DNA of 64,000 bases from assembly GCA_040390725.1 (NCBI GenBank), contig JAZJXT010000006.1, positions 367 through 64,366 on the forward strand, given 5' to 3'. The stretch is from Patescibacteria group bacterium. GTDB taxonomy: Bacteria; Patescibacteriota; Minisyncoccia; Phycocordibacterales; UBA9973. The stretch's first letter is position 1, and each line of letters opens with the position of its first letter. Both the position numbers and the translations under genes were made by a program. The notes beneath the pieces are model-generated. The model made no database searches. It was not told where the DNA came from and saw nothing but the letters and a program-made list of their open reading frames with translations. Below, one piece after another: positions 16,634 to 25,441 of this stretch.

Positions 16634-17163
16634 TTTTTATTAAAGACAGAGACAAACTTCCCTTCGGAAATTCTTTTAGCAACTTCGGACGAGCCGAATA
16701 TTTGTCCATTCATGCAAACATACACTCCTGGTTTTAAAGTTTTTACAGATGCTAAGGCGTAACCTAAATTAAAAGGTGCATCAGATGGCGAGAATCCCGT
16801 CAGAGGTATCATCGCCCCAGTTAAAATAATCACTTTATCTTTTCTTTTCAACTGCGATGTTAAAAATCTGGCAGTATCAGGCATAGTATATGTGCCGTGC
16901 GTAATTATTATTTTTTTTGACTTTGATTTTTCTATAGCTTTTAAAATTTTCTTTAAATCTTCACTCGTTAAAGAGCGGCTATCTTTCATGCAAATATCAA
17001 CAAAAGAAATTACACCCCCCCCCTCAATTTTTAAACTTTTTATAAAAGAAGGTAACACGGATTTCTTCAAAGGAACAATAGCATCCTTTATGCCTTCATA
17101 ATAAGAATCAATCGTCCCGCCTGTTATAATAAACTCTATATTTTGATTGTTTTTCATAACCAC
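16630..17163 (-). CDS. asparaginase N-terminal domain protein
   Basis: TGGTID, KDS, ITHGTYTM, LTGAM.P, SDA.FNLG. Confidence 0.88.
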   Translation of the reverse strand: MVMKNNQNIEFIITGGTIDSYYEGIKDAIVPLKKSVLPSFIKSLKIEGGGVISFVDICMKDSRSLTSEDLKKILKAIEKSKSKKIIITHGTYTMPDTARFLTSQLKRKDKVIILTGAMIPLTGFSPSDAPFNLGYALASVKTLKPGVYVCMNGQIFGSSEVAKRISEGKFVSVFNKN

Positions 17164-17450
17164 ATAATAACAAAAACAAAACTTAAATACAAATAAAAAA
17201 AGTCCTCCCCAGGGGGAAGACCATAATTAATTACTCTAGTCGCCACCCAGACCAAAGGCCTGGATCAGTCTCACACAGTGAGACCCGTTTTAAAAATAAA
17301 CTAATCTTCTTAATTAATGTGAATCAGGCTTTTAATTAAAATAAGAAAATCTATTGCAAGAACTCGCGAACGAGGTCGAGGAACTAACTGCATTTAGCAT
17401 AACATAAGTAAAAGCTAAAAGAAATAATTTTAATACTCCCTCATTGAAAC

Positions 17451-18578
17451 TTACGCGTCGACTTTTTTGATGAGGTTATCTGGAGTAACGACACTTGTTT
17501 TTGCATTTGGATATAATTTTAAAAACTCCTTGAAAGATACATCTGTGTCGCTCCATTTACATTCATAAGCGATGATGTCCAATCCTGATTTTTCAATAAA
17601 ATCTATTTCTAAACCGGTTCGTGTTCTCCAAAACATTATCTCCGGAGGAAAAGTTTCCAGTGTTCCATATTTTAACCTTTCCGTTATAAAAAAATTCTCA
17701 AATATCACCCCTTTATCAGCCCTAACTTCAAGCAATTTTTTAATATCAACAAGAGAATTCCTCACGCCAAGATCTAAGAAAAAAACCTTAAAAGCTTTCT
17801 TCAACTCATTACGAGAATTTTGCGAAAAAGAATGAACTATTTTAATAATGAAAGATTGCTCGAGTAAACGAAGATATTTCTGCACCACGGAACGGCTTAT
17901 GCCCAAACTCACAGAAAGCTCATTTACTGAAACCATCTGCCCTATTTGCAAGGCAAGCATTTTTACCAAATCTTCAAAAATACGCGGATTGCGTATTGCT
18001 TCAAAAACAAAAACATCTTTATATAAATAATTAGTGGCTATATTTTTTAAAACAATTTCTTTTTCAGCTCTTGTTTCGGCTGATACAACGGCGGGATAAG
18101 TTCCAAAAAGCAAATAATCCATCAGGTCTTCTTTTGTAATATTTTTTACCATTCTAATTTCTTTAAGAGAAAGAGGCAAAAGAATAAATTCAAAAACTCT
18201 GCCGGTCATCGGTTCGTTTATTTTATTCGCCAAATCAAAAGAGCTTGAACCGGTGGCAATAATTTGAATCTCGGGATATGTGTCATGAAATACTTTTAAA
18301 ATTGTACCGATATCTTGAATAGTTTGAGCTTCATCAAAAACAACAATTTTTTTACCTTTTATCAAAGACAATAAAGCATTAGGTTTACCGACTATAAAAT
18401 GTTCTCGAACATCATTAATCTGGCAATCAAAATATGCGCCATCATTGCCATACTGACTAATAATTTTTTTTGACAAAGTAGTCTTGCCGGACTGTCTGGG
18501 TCCTAAAATTGCAATCATTCTGCCCTTAAACAATAAAGACTCTATTTTGGATTCTATTTGACGCTTATATATAATCAT
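17451..18578 (-). CDS. AAA_14/DUF4143 ATPase
   Basis: GPRQSGKTT, DEAQ, TGSSS, EP.TGR, EIDF, ECKW. Confidence 0.9.
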   Translation of the reverse strand: MIIYKRQIESKIESLLFKGRMIAILGPRQSGKTTLSKKIISQYGNDGAYFDCQINDVREHFIVGKPNALLSLIKGKKIVVFDEAQTIQDIGTILKVFHDTYPEIQIIATGSSSFDLANKINEPMTGRVFEFILLPLSLKEIRMVKNITKEDLMDYLLFGTYPAVVSAETRAEKEIVLKNIATNYLYKDVFVFEAIRNPRIFEDLVKMLALQIGQMVSVNELSVSLGISRSVVQKYLRLLEQSFIIKIVHSFSQNSRNELKKAFKVFFLDLGVRNSLVDIKKLLEVRADKGVIFENFFITERLKYGTLETFPPEIMFWRTRTGLEIDFIEKSGLDIIAYECKWSDTDVSFKEFLKLYPNAKTSVVTPDNLIKKVDA

Positions 18579-18637
18579 ATAATAGTCATTATAACAATTT
18601 GCTCTTTAAAAAGCAAATTGTCTTTAAATACAAAATC

Positions 18638-19909
18638 TTAGTACTCTCTCATTGAGACTTGTGCGTCAACTTTTTTGATGAGGTCTAGGACAACAGAGAC
18701 GACGATGAGAAGAGCCGTACCACCAAGGGCAATAGCGGTGATTCCTGTAGCTGCGCGCATAACGAGTGGGAGGACTGCAATGAGACCCAAGAATGTAGCG
18801 CCCATCATCGTGATGCGATTTAATACTTTTGAAATGTATGCGGAAGTACTTGCGCCCGGGCGAATACCAGGAATAAATGCTCCATTTTTCTGCAAGTTGG
18901 TAGATAATGCTTCCGGATCAAATGTAACTGCAGTGTAGAAATATGTGAAGAGAAAAACCAAAATAAAATACAATACAGAGTATAGCCACGATGTTTGTGA
19001 AAACGACATCAACACATGAGAAATACTCATCAAGATAGGCTTCGTAGAAGTAGCCAAAAATGTGCCGATCATTTGAGGGAAAAGCAAAATAGATAGTGCG
19101 AAAATTATCGGAATAACTCCGGCTTGATTCACACGAAGTGGCAAATAAGTAGAACCACCTCCGTAGACTTTTGTGCCACGAACTTGCTTTGCATAAGTGA
19201 CAGGGATAGGGCGTTCTGCTTCGGTGACAATGACGACACCCGCGATAACTATCGCTCCCATAGCTATAAACAAAAGGTAAAGAGGGATTTGTGAAACATC
19301 AAAAGTAAAAAGAAGTTGACCGATGTGTGTAGGAATACCGGCTACGATACCTGCAAAAATTATTAACGATACTCCATTACCAATACCAAATTCTGACATA
19401 AGCTCCCCTATCCACATAAGTAAAATAGAGCCGGCAACAACTACAATCACATTTGTAACTTGGCCAAAAATACTCAAATCACCCAAGATGTGTTGATTGT
19501 GCAAAAGTGCAAGCAAAGAAAAACCTTGAATCGCAGCCAAAGGAATAGTGATGAGTCTGGAATATTGAGTAAATTTCTTTCTACCTAGTTCACCTTCTTC
19601 ATGATAAAGCTTTTTCAAAGCGGGAATCATGATAGTCAACAACTGCATAATAATAGATGAAGTAATATACGGACCGACACCCAACATTAAAATAGAGAGA
19701 TTGGAAAGTCCTCCACCGGAAAAGATGTTTAAGATTCCAAAGAATTGATTATTATTTAAAAATTGATTTAAGGCTACTGAGTCAATGCCTGGAATAGGAA
19801 TAGCCGCAAGCAAACGAAATACAACTAGAGAACCAAGAACAAACAAAATACGCTTGCGCAATGTAGCATCACTCCAAACTTTTTTTGCTTTAATCCAAAA
19901 ATTTTCCAT
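18638..19909 (-). CDS. secY: preprotein translocase SecY
   Basis: LGVGPYITSSIIMQLL, GIGNGVSLIIFAGI, FIPGIRPG. Confidence 0.98.
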   Translation of the reverse strand: MENFWIKAKKVWSDATLRKRILFVLGSLVVFRLLAAIPIPGIDSVALNQFLNNNQFFGILNIFSGGGLSNLSILMLGVGPYITSSIIMQLLTIMIPALKKLYHEEGELGRKKFTQYSRLITIPLAAIQGFSLLALLHNQHILGDLSIFGQVTNVIVVVAGSILLMWIGELMSEFGIGNGVSLIIFAGIVAGIPTHIGQLLFTFDVSQIPLYLLFIAMGAIVIAGVVIVTEAERPIPVTYAKQVRGTKVYGGGSTYLPLRVNQAGVIPIIFALSILLFPQMIGTFLATSTKPILMSISHVLMSFSQTSWLYSVLYFILVFLFTYFYTAVTFDPEALSTNLQKNGAFIPGIRPGASTSAYISKVLNRITMMGATFLGLIAVLPLVMRAATGITAIALGGTALLIVVSVVLDLIKKVDAQVSMREY

Positions 19910-19916
19910 ATTGTCT

Positions 19917-20234
19917 TTAATTTCTGACTTTGATCTTACCTCCCTTTAACTTTAGTTCTTTTCTCATAGCAGAGAAACTTTTCTTGTCACCTTTTATCAT
20001 ACTAGCGACTTTTTCTTCTTTTAAAATAATAGCCTTGCGGAAAGATTTAAATCTGTAACCGCGATTCTTTGGCAACTTCTTGATAATGTCTCGAAGTTCC
20101 GGACGGCGCTTGTTACCGGCACGAGCTGTCTGCCCCTTGCCTCCTCGGCCGGAAGTTTTCGCGTGCTTACCCCCGCGTCCTACGATGCGGTCTTTTTTAT
20201 TCTTATGTTCTCTTTTTAAATTATGTGTTTGCAT
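19917..20234 (-). CDS. rplO: 50S ribosomal protein L15 (short form)
   Basis: RIVGRGG...KTSGRGGKGQTARAG. Confidence 0.93.
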   Translation of the reverse strand: MQTHNLKREHKNKKDRIVGRGGKHAKTSGRGGKGQTARAGNKRRPELRDIIKKLPKNRGYRFKSFRKAIILKEEKVASMIKGDKKSFSAMRKELKLKGGKIKVRN

Positions 20235-20252
20235 TTTATTTTATTTAAATTT

Positions 20253-20807
20253 TTATTTAACATTAACTGCTTCTTCTTTGCCTGCTATTACAACTGTCTC
20301 TGGAACTGGCTTTGAATATTTAACAGAAACAGGAGCAAAGGCCACCATCACTGCTTTTGCATTGTTCAATTTGTTCTTGCTACCGGATAAAATCTTACCT
20401 GTAACATCCTTAACACCAGCCAATTTTACAATGTCATGAAGTACAGAACCGACGACGAGTCCTCGGCCTTTGTTTGGCATTATTTTAACAGAACAACTGG
20501 AGAACTTGCCGGAAACTTCATGAGGCAAAGATGAAGTCTTTGTGAGTTTCAACTTCACCATATTTTTCTTTGCATTTCGGAGAGCTTTGTTTATGGCTAG
20601 AGCTGTATCGCCTGCCTTACCGAGACCCAAACCAATAGCGCCTTTTTTATCTCCGGCAATAATAGCAACAGAGAAAGAGAAACGGCGTCCTCCTGCGACG
20701 ACACGAGTAACACGACGAATGTCTATGATCTTTTGATCAAATTCAGGCTTTGGTCTGTCGAAAGATGATGACCTGCGATTATTCTTTTTTTCATTTCCTT
20801 TTTCCAT
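20253..20807 (-). CDS. rpsE: 30S ribosomal protein S5
   Basis: RRVTRVVAGGRRFSFS. Confidence 0.98.
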   Translation of the reverse strand: MEKGNEKKNNRRSSSFDRPKPEFDQKIIDIRRVTRVVAGGRRFSFSVAIIAGDKKGAIGLGLGKAGDTALAINKALRNAKKNMVKLKLTKTSSLPHEVSGKFSSCSVKIMPNKGRGLVVGSVLHDIVKLAGVKDVTGKILSGSKNKLNNAKAVMVAFAPVSVKYSKPVPETVVIAGKEEAVNVK

Positions 20808-20831
20808 ATTTTTGTCTGTATTTTTTATTTA

Positions 20832-21173
20832 TTAAAATTTTAATCCAGCAGCTCGCGCTTCATCAGCTACTAATTTTACACGGCCAGTATATTTGAACCC
20901 GTTTCTGTCGAAAACAACTTGGCTTATTTTCTTTGCCAAAGCATTTGCGCCGATCATCTTGCCTACTTGCTTTGCTCGTTCTATCTTTGTACCTTTTGCA
21001 ATTTTTACATCGCTTGCTTCCGCTAGAGTCTTGCCTGCTGTGTCATCAATAAGCTGCGCGTAAATAAATTTGTTTGATCGGAAAACAGAAAGACGTGGGC
21101 GCTCAATAGTACCCTTCATCTTTGCTCTGATTTTTGCTTTCAATCTTATTCTTTTGTCTTCTTTTTTAATCAT
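20832..21173 (-). CDS. rplR: 50S ribosomal protein L18
   Basis: [24 protein letters not shown]. Confidence 0.98.
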   Translation of the reverse strand: MIKKEDKRIRLKAKIRAKMKGTIERPRLSVFRSNKFIYAQLIDDTAGKTLAEASDVKIAKGTKIERAKQVGKMIGANALAKKISQVVFDRNGFKYTGRVKLVADEARAAGLKF

Positions 21174-21192
21174 ATATTTTTATATAAATTTA

Positions 21193-21726
21193 TTATGCAG
21201 TCTTCTTACCTTGTTTTCGTCTGATGACTTCACCTTCATATCGGAAACCTTTACCTTTGTATGGTTCTGGCTTTTTCATTGCTCGAACTCCCGCAGTGAA
21301 AGCTCCCACTGTTTCTTTATCGCTTCCTGTGACAGTAATAACATTTTTTTCTGCTGTTACTGTAAGTCCTTCCGGTATTTTAACAACAACAGGGTGAGAG
21401 AATCCTAAAGCCAAATTCAAATCTTTTCCTTTTACTTCAGACTTGAAACCCACTCCTTCCAAAATCAATTTCTTTACATAAGGAGTAACAACTCCGGCAA
21501 TCATGTTCTTGATGTGTGAAGCATAAGTCCCCCACAAAGCTTTTGAAAATTTATCATTTCTTTTTACATTTAAAGTAATACTCTTGTCAGCGATTTTTAT
21601 TTCGATATCGTCTCGGAAATTCTTAGTCAAAGTCGCCTTTGGACCTTTCACTGTCAAAACTTCGCCACTTTTTGTGACTGTTACTCCCGCTGGTATTAAT
21701 ATTTCTTGTTTTCCTATTCTACTCAT
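21193..21726 (-). CDS. rplF: 50S ribosomal protein L6
   Basis: MSRIGKQ, PEPYKGKG. Confidence 0.98.
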   Translation of the reverse strand: MSRIGKQEILIPAGVTVTKSGEVLTVKGPKATLTKNFRDDIEIKIADKSITLNVKRNDKFSKALWGTYASHIKNMIAGVVTPYVKKLILEGVGFKSEVKGKDLNLALGFSHPVVVKIPEGLTVTAEKNVITVTGSDKETVGAFTAGVRAMKKPEPYKGKGFRYEGEVIRRKQGKKTA

Positions 21727-21735
21727 ATAATTTTA

Positions 21736-22122
21736 TTACGAAATTTTAAATAAAGCCTCACCGCCGACTTGTTCTTTGCGTGCTTGCTTGCCGGACATTA
21801 TTCCCTTTGGGGTCGATAATACCAAGAGCCCCGCGCCATTCTTTACTGTGTGAATATCTTTCATTCCGAAATAAACTCTTTTTGATTGCTTGGAAATTCT
21901 TTCAACTTCGGAAATTCTTGGCTTCTTGTCCACGTAAATCAAATTAACTTCCAAAAGTGGCTGACCTTTTTTTGTCTTCTTGGAAATTTCAGAAACATAG
22001 CCTTCTTTTTTCAAGCATTCAGCAATAGCGTTTTTCATTTTAGAATACGGAAAAGCTACGGACTCGTGTCCTGCTCGGCTAGCGTTCTTCATCATTATTA
22101 ACATGTTTGAAATTGAATCCAT
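21736..22122 (-). CDS. rpsH: 30S ribosomal protein S8
   Basis: ISKQSKRVY, LSTPKGIM, VGGE. Confidence 0.97.
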   Translation of the reverse strand: MDSISNMLIMMKNASRAGHESVAFPYSKMKNAIAECLKKEGYVSEISKKTKKGQPLLEVNLIYVDKKPRISEVERISKQSKRVYFGMKDIHTVKNGAGLLVLSTPKGIMSGKQARKEQVGGEALFKIS

Positions 22123-22134
22123 AATTTTTGTTTT

Positions 22135-22179
22135 GTCCCGATGTCGGACATATGGTTACCATATGTCCGACATCGGGAC
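22135..22179. repeat. perfect 21-bp inverted repeat (REP-like) between rpsN and rpsH
   Basis: GTCCCGATGTCGGACATATGG-TTA-CCATATGTCCGACATCGGGAC. Confidence 0.85.
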
Positions 22180-22187
22180 TATTTTCT

Positions 22188-22373
22188 CTACCAACTCGAC
22201 TTGCGGATGCCCGGAAGCATTCCTTCATTTGCTAATTCTCTGAAACAAATACGGCAAAGACCAAAGTCTCTCATGAAGCCATTACCTCGGCCACAACGAA
22301 AACATCGATTTTTCTGTCGACTTGAAAACTTTGGTTTCTTTTTTGATCGTGCTATGACGGATGTTTTTGCCAT
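22188..22373 (-). CDS. rpsN: 30S ribosomal protein S14 type Z (zinc ribbon)
   Basis: 61 aa; NRCFRCGR...LCRICFRE...PG.RKSSW. Confidence 0.97.
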   Translation of the reverse strand: MAKTSVIARSKKKPKFSSRQKNRCFRCGRGNGFMRDFGLCRICFRELANEGMLPGIRKSSW

Positions 22374-22526
22374 AAATAATTAAATTGGGATCTGCCCTGT
22401 TAATATCACGCTCTTTTTCTTTAACCCTTTAAAAACTAAAGAATTAAAGGAGAAAAGCGGATTAATCAAGACCGTATTCCCTTGCCTGCCATACTAGCAA
22501 ATTAGAAATAAATAGTCAAATATTTG

Positions 22527-22922
22527 TGGAACTGACGAGAATTGAACTCGTGTGCAAAAGGTTGTTGCAGAGAAATCGACATGCTTGGCTCATTTTTTTG
22601 TTTAAATTTTAAAATTCTTAAATGAGCAAAATATTTTAAAATCGAGTTCTAAGTTTTCGTGAAATATGCGAACAAATATTTCCTTATCCCGATAATATTA
22701 TGCCTCGTCTCATATATCGGAAGTCTATGAGGGAGACACCAGTTTGGCTTACGCGAAAGCTGGAGCGAAAGCAAAATCATTCATACCGAAGTATGGAGAA
22801 GCTTTTGCAAACGCCTTAGAAGTCAATTTTGCAATTAACATTTGAGCGAATTTTTTCGAGATTACGCTCATGCTCGGCATGCATCAATAGCAAAAGGCCT
22901 TTTGTCTATGCCTTGCAGTCCC
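22527..22922 (-). ncRNA. ssrA: tmRNA
   Basis: Acceptor GGGACUG/CAGUUCC-A with G3.U; T-arm CGAGUUCAAUUCUCG; tag frame AKLTSKAFAKASPYFGMNDFAFAPAFA*; adjacent to smpB. Confidence 0.93.
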
Positions 22923-22941
22923 CTGTGATGTCATTAAATTT

Positions 22942-23385
22942 TCAACGATCTTTCATTTCTCTTCTGACTTCTCTATCAGTATCGCGTTTCTTTATGCTCT
23001 CACGTTTATCGTATTTTTTCTTTCCTTTAACTAAAGCGATTTCCAGCTTTATTTTTCTATTTTTATTATACACTGAAAGAGGAACGATAGTCAAGTTTGT
23101 TTTTTCATTGTCTGAGAGTTCTTTAATTTCTTTTTTTGTGAGCAAAAGTTTTCTATTCCTCAAGGGGTCATAATCTTTCGGCGCATTTTTTACCTGATAA
23201 GGCGGAACATTTGAATTTATTAAAAACGCCTCACCCCCGCGGACAATAACAAAAGCCCCTTCAAGCGACATTTGCCCTCCCCTGATTGATTTGACCTCTT
23301 GCCCTAAAAGCTCGATACCGCATTCAAACTTTTCCAAGATTTCATAATCAAACCTCGCTTTTCTATTTTCCGCATAATTTGCCAT
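22942..23385 (-). CDS. smpB: SsrA-binding protein
   Basis: NRKARFDY, GIEL.G.EVKSIR, RKLLL, GKKKYDKRE. Confidence 0.98.
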   Translation of the reverse strand: MANYAENRKARFDYEILEKFECGIELLGQEVKSIRGGQMSLEGAFVIVRGGEAFLINSNVPPYQVKNAPKDYDPLRNRKLLLTKKEIKELSDNEKTNLTIVPLSVYNKNRKIKLEIALVKGKKKYDKRESIKKRDTDREVRREMKDR

Positions 23386-23460
23386 AATTTAATCTTAACA
23401 TAATTTGACATATTTTTTGGGCTTGCTATACTATATATGTTTAATATATAAAAGAAATAT

Positions 23461-23736
23461 ATGACTACACAAGTAATTTTCACCATAGATAGAGATTTAA
23501 AAGACAGGGCGATGCGCAAAGCCCGTTCTTTTGGTCTTCCCTTTTCTTCTGTGTTAAATCTTGCCACGCGCGCTTTTGTGGAAGGAAAAATAAACATAGG
23601 CGTAATTGACACAGAGCCATTTAATGAAAAAACTGTTCGTGAACTCCGCTCCACTCTTTCTGATGTCTCAAAAAATAAAAACCTCTCCCCTCGCTTTTCT
23701 TCCGCCAAGGAAGCTATAGAATATCTAAAAAAATAA
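23461..23736 (+). CDS. RelB/DinJ-like antitoxin (RHH)
   Basis: TQVIFTID..LK..A...A...GLP.S.V; C-terminal SPRFSSAKEAI; directly upstream of a toxin. Confidence 0.8.
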   Translation: MTTQVIFTIDRDLKDRAMRKARSFGLPFSSVLNLATRAFVEGKINIGVIDTEPFNEKTVRELRSTLSDVSKNKNLSPRFSSAKEAIEYLKK

Positions 23737-23737
23737 T

Positions 23738-23992
23738 ATGCATATAATTTTCCATCACAGTTTCAAGAAGAAGCTCAAAAAGCTTCCAATGAAAGTAAGG
23801 GAAAATTTCTACGAGCGTCTTTTAGTGTTTGAGGAAAATAAATTCAATCCAATTCTAAACAATCACAGCGTGGAAAATAGATTCCCTAGGTGCCGAAGCA
23901 TAAACATCACTGGTGATTTTCGCGCTATATTTAAAGAAGAAAATGACGCTTGTAATTTCCTAAAAATCGGCACACATTCAGAATTATATTAA
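23738..23992 (+). CDS. RelE/YafQ-family mRNA interferase toxin
   Basis: LNNH, RSINITGDFRAIF, IGTHSELY. Confidence 0.9.
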   Translation: MHIIFHHSFKKKLKKLPMKVRENFYERLLVFEENKFNPILNNHSVENRFPRCRSINITGDFRAIFKEENDACNFLKIGTHSELY

Positions 23993-23997
23993 AAATA

Positions 23998-24014
23998 CTC
24001 GTCAGTTCCACAAA
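23998..24014 (+). repeat. 17-bp copy of the tmRNA 3' end, inverted relative to ssrA (att-like)
   Basis: CTCGTCAGTTCCACAAA is the reverse complement of 22524-22540. Confidence 0.85.
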
Positions 24015-24075
24015 AAAAATGAGCCCACCAATATTATTGGCAGGCTCAAAAATAATTCAAATTTTGTGCTCTCAA

Positions 24076-25287
24076 CTATCCACGAAGAAACTCAAAAACC
24101 TTTTCTTCGGAAAATTTTTGCACAACCTGTTCGGCAAACTTCTTTAAACCACTACCTAAGTAAGCACCATTTCCCTTATACCAATAAGTGCTCTCTGAAA
24201 ATTTATCCAGAGCATTTTTATTGTTGCTAATATGATCAATGGTATTTGCCATCAAATCACAAAGCAGTGGAAAAATACCGCTCCCGCTCCACCTTTTCAT
24301 AACGGTAAAAAACGGAATGTTTTTGTGCATAGTGATAGATAATGGATCAATACCGGCAAGCCATTCTGGGTTCACCCACTCCATCGCTGCAACATGATGA
24401 TACGGTGTTGCAATAAACTCAAGGTCAACCAATTCTCTCAACTGAGGACGAAACTCCAAATAATCGGTAGGAATAGGATCAAGGTTTGGAAAGTTTTTGA
24501 TACCCCTATCTCTACGATTATACATTTGATAGAACCAAGCAAACGATTTTGAACCAACAGCATCACAGATAAATTGCGCACGATCTGAAACGTGTGGGTC
24601 TTCGGCGTTAACTGAATCCTGTAAATCTCCAAAATAGACGACTGGCATCGCAAGGAGAACTTCCGGCAAATTACTATTCGGAAGCACAGTTGGTAACTCA
24701 AAAATGTAACGCTCCCGATTAAAATCAACCTGTAAACCAATCGGCTTCATCAACCTTGCGCCTCGTACCGCATCATTACCTAAAGCAACATACGCCGTAC
24801 ACATAGTATACACAGCGGTAAGATGCTTTTCTTCAAACCTTCCTTTTTCAATCATTAAACCCATAAAATCAAAAACTGATTTAAAGGCGTTAAAGGAAAC
24901 ATGAAGCGCAGCAATGTGTGCTCCTAAGTGTTGCTTCTCCGAAACTCTTTTTGAAATCAAGCTCGTTGCTTCGGCTGGACTTGTATCAAAAGTAATACCC
25001 ATGTCCGCCAGCATCAAAAAATTAGTCTTGAAAAAGGACTCCTTTAAGTTCGGCAACGCTTCACGGAATACAGATGACGATTTAAGTTCGTCTGAAAATG
25101 CCCAACGCGGAATCGTCTCGAGAGGATTGTTTCGAATTGCCTGACTAACTAATTCCGGTGAAGCAAACCTTGGTTTACGATGTAACGTTTGGGACGGATG
25201 CAAGCGAACAACCTGCTCAAGCTCAACAGTGCCGACAGAGAAACCCCCAGGGTTTCTTCCATCTTTTTGTAAAATAAGATCTTTCAT
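24076..25287 (-). CDS. orphan hypothetical protein
   Basis: 403 aa ORF with its own leader and terminator; no family recognised. Confidence 0.75.
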   Translation of the reverse strand: MKDLILQKDGRNPGGFSVGTVELEQVVRLHPSQTLHRKPRFASPELVSQAIRNNPLETIPRWAFSDELKSSSVFREALPNLKESFFKTNFLMLADMGITFDTSPAEATSLISKRVSEKQHLGAHIAALHVSFNAFKSVFDFMGLMIEKGRFEEKHLTAVYTMCTAYVALGNDAVRGARLMKPIGLQVDFNRERYIFELPTVLPNSNLPEVLLAMPVVYFGDLQDSVNAEDPHVSDRAQFICDAVGSKSFAWFYQMYNRRDRGIKNFPNLDPIPTDYLEFRPQLRELVDLEFIATPYHHVAAMEWVNPEWLAGIDPLSITMHKNIPFFTVMKRWSGSGIFPLLCDLMANTIDHISNNKNALDKFSESTYWYKGNGAYLGSGLKKFAEQVVQKFSEEKVFEFLRG

Positions 25288-25441
25288 TTTTTTAAAATTT
25301 CAACGAACGCTTACTCTTTAGATTTTCAGCTCCCTCTAAAAAAGTACAAATAAGTACAAATTCAATTATAAGTATATATATATATCAGCATTTGTCAAGC
25401 CCCCTATTACCAACTACTATAAAAAGTGCTAGAATACGATT

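Noticed and set aside
22829-23173. Plus-strand ORF over ssrA/smpB, and ORF 23304-23708
   Set aside because: They overlap tmRNA, smpB and the antitoxin on the opposite strand
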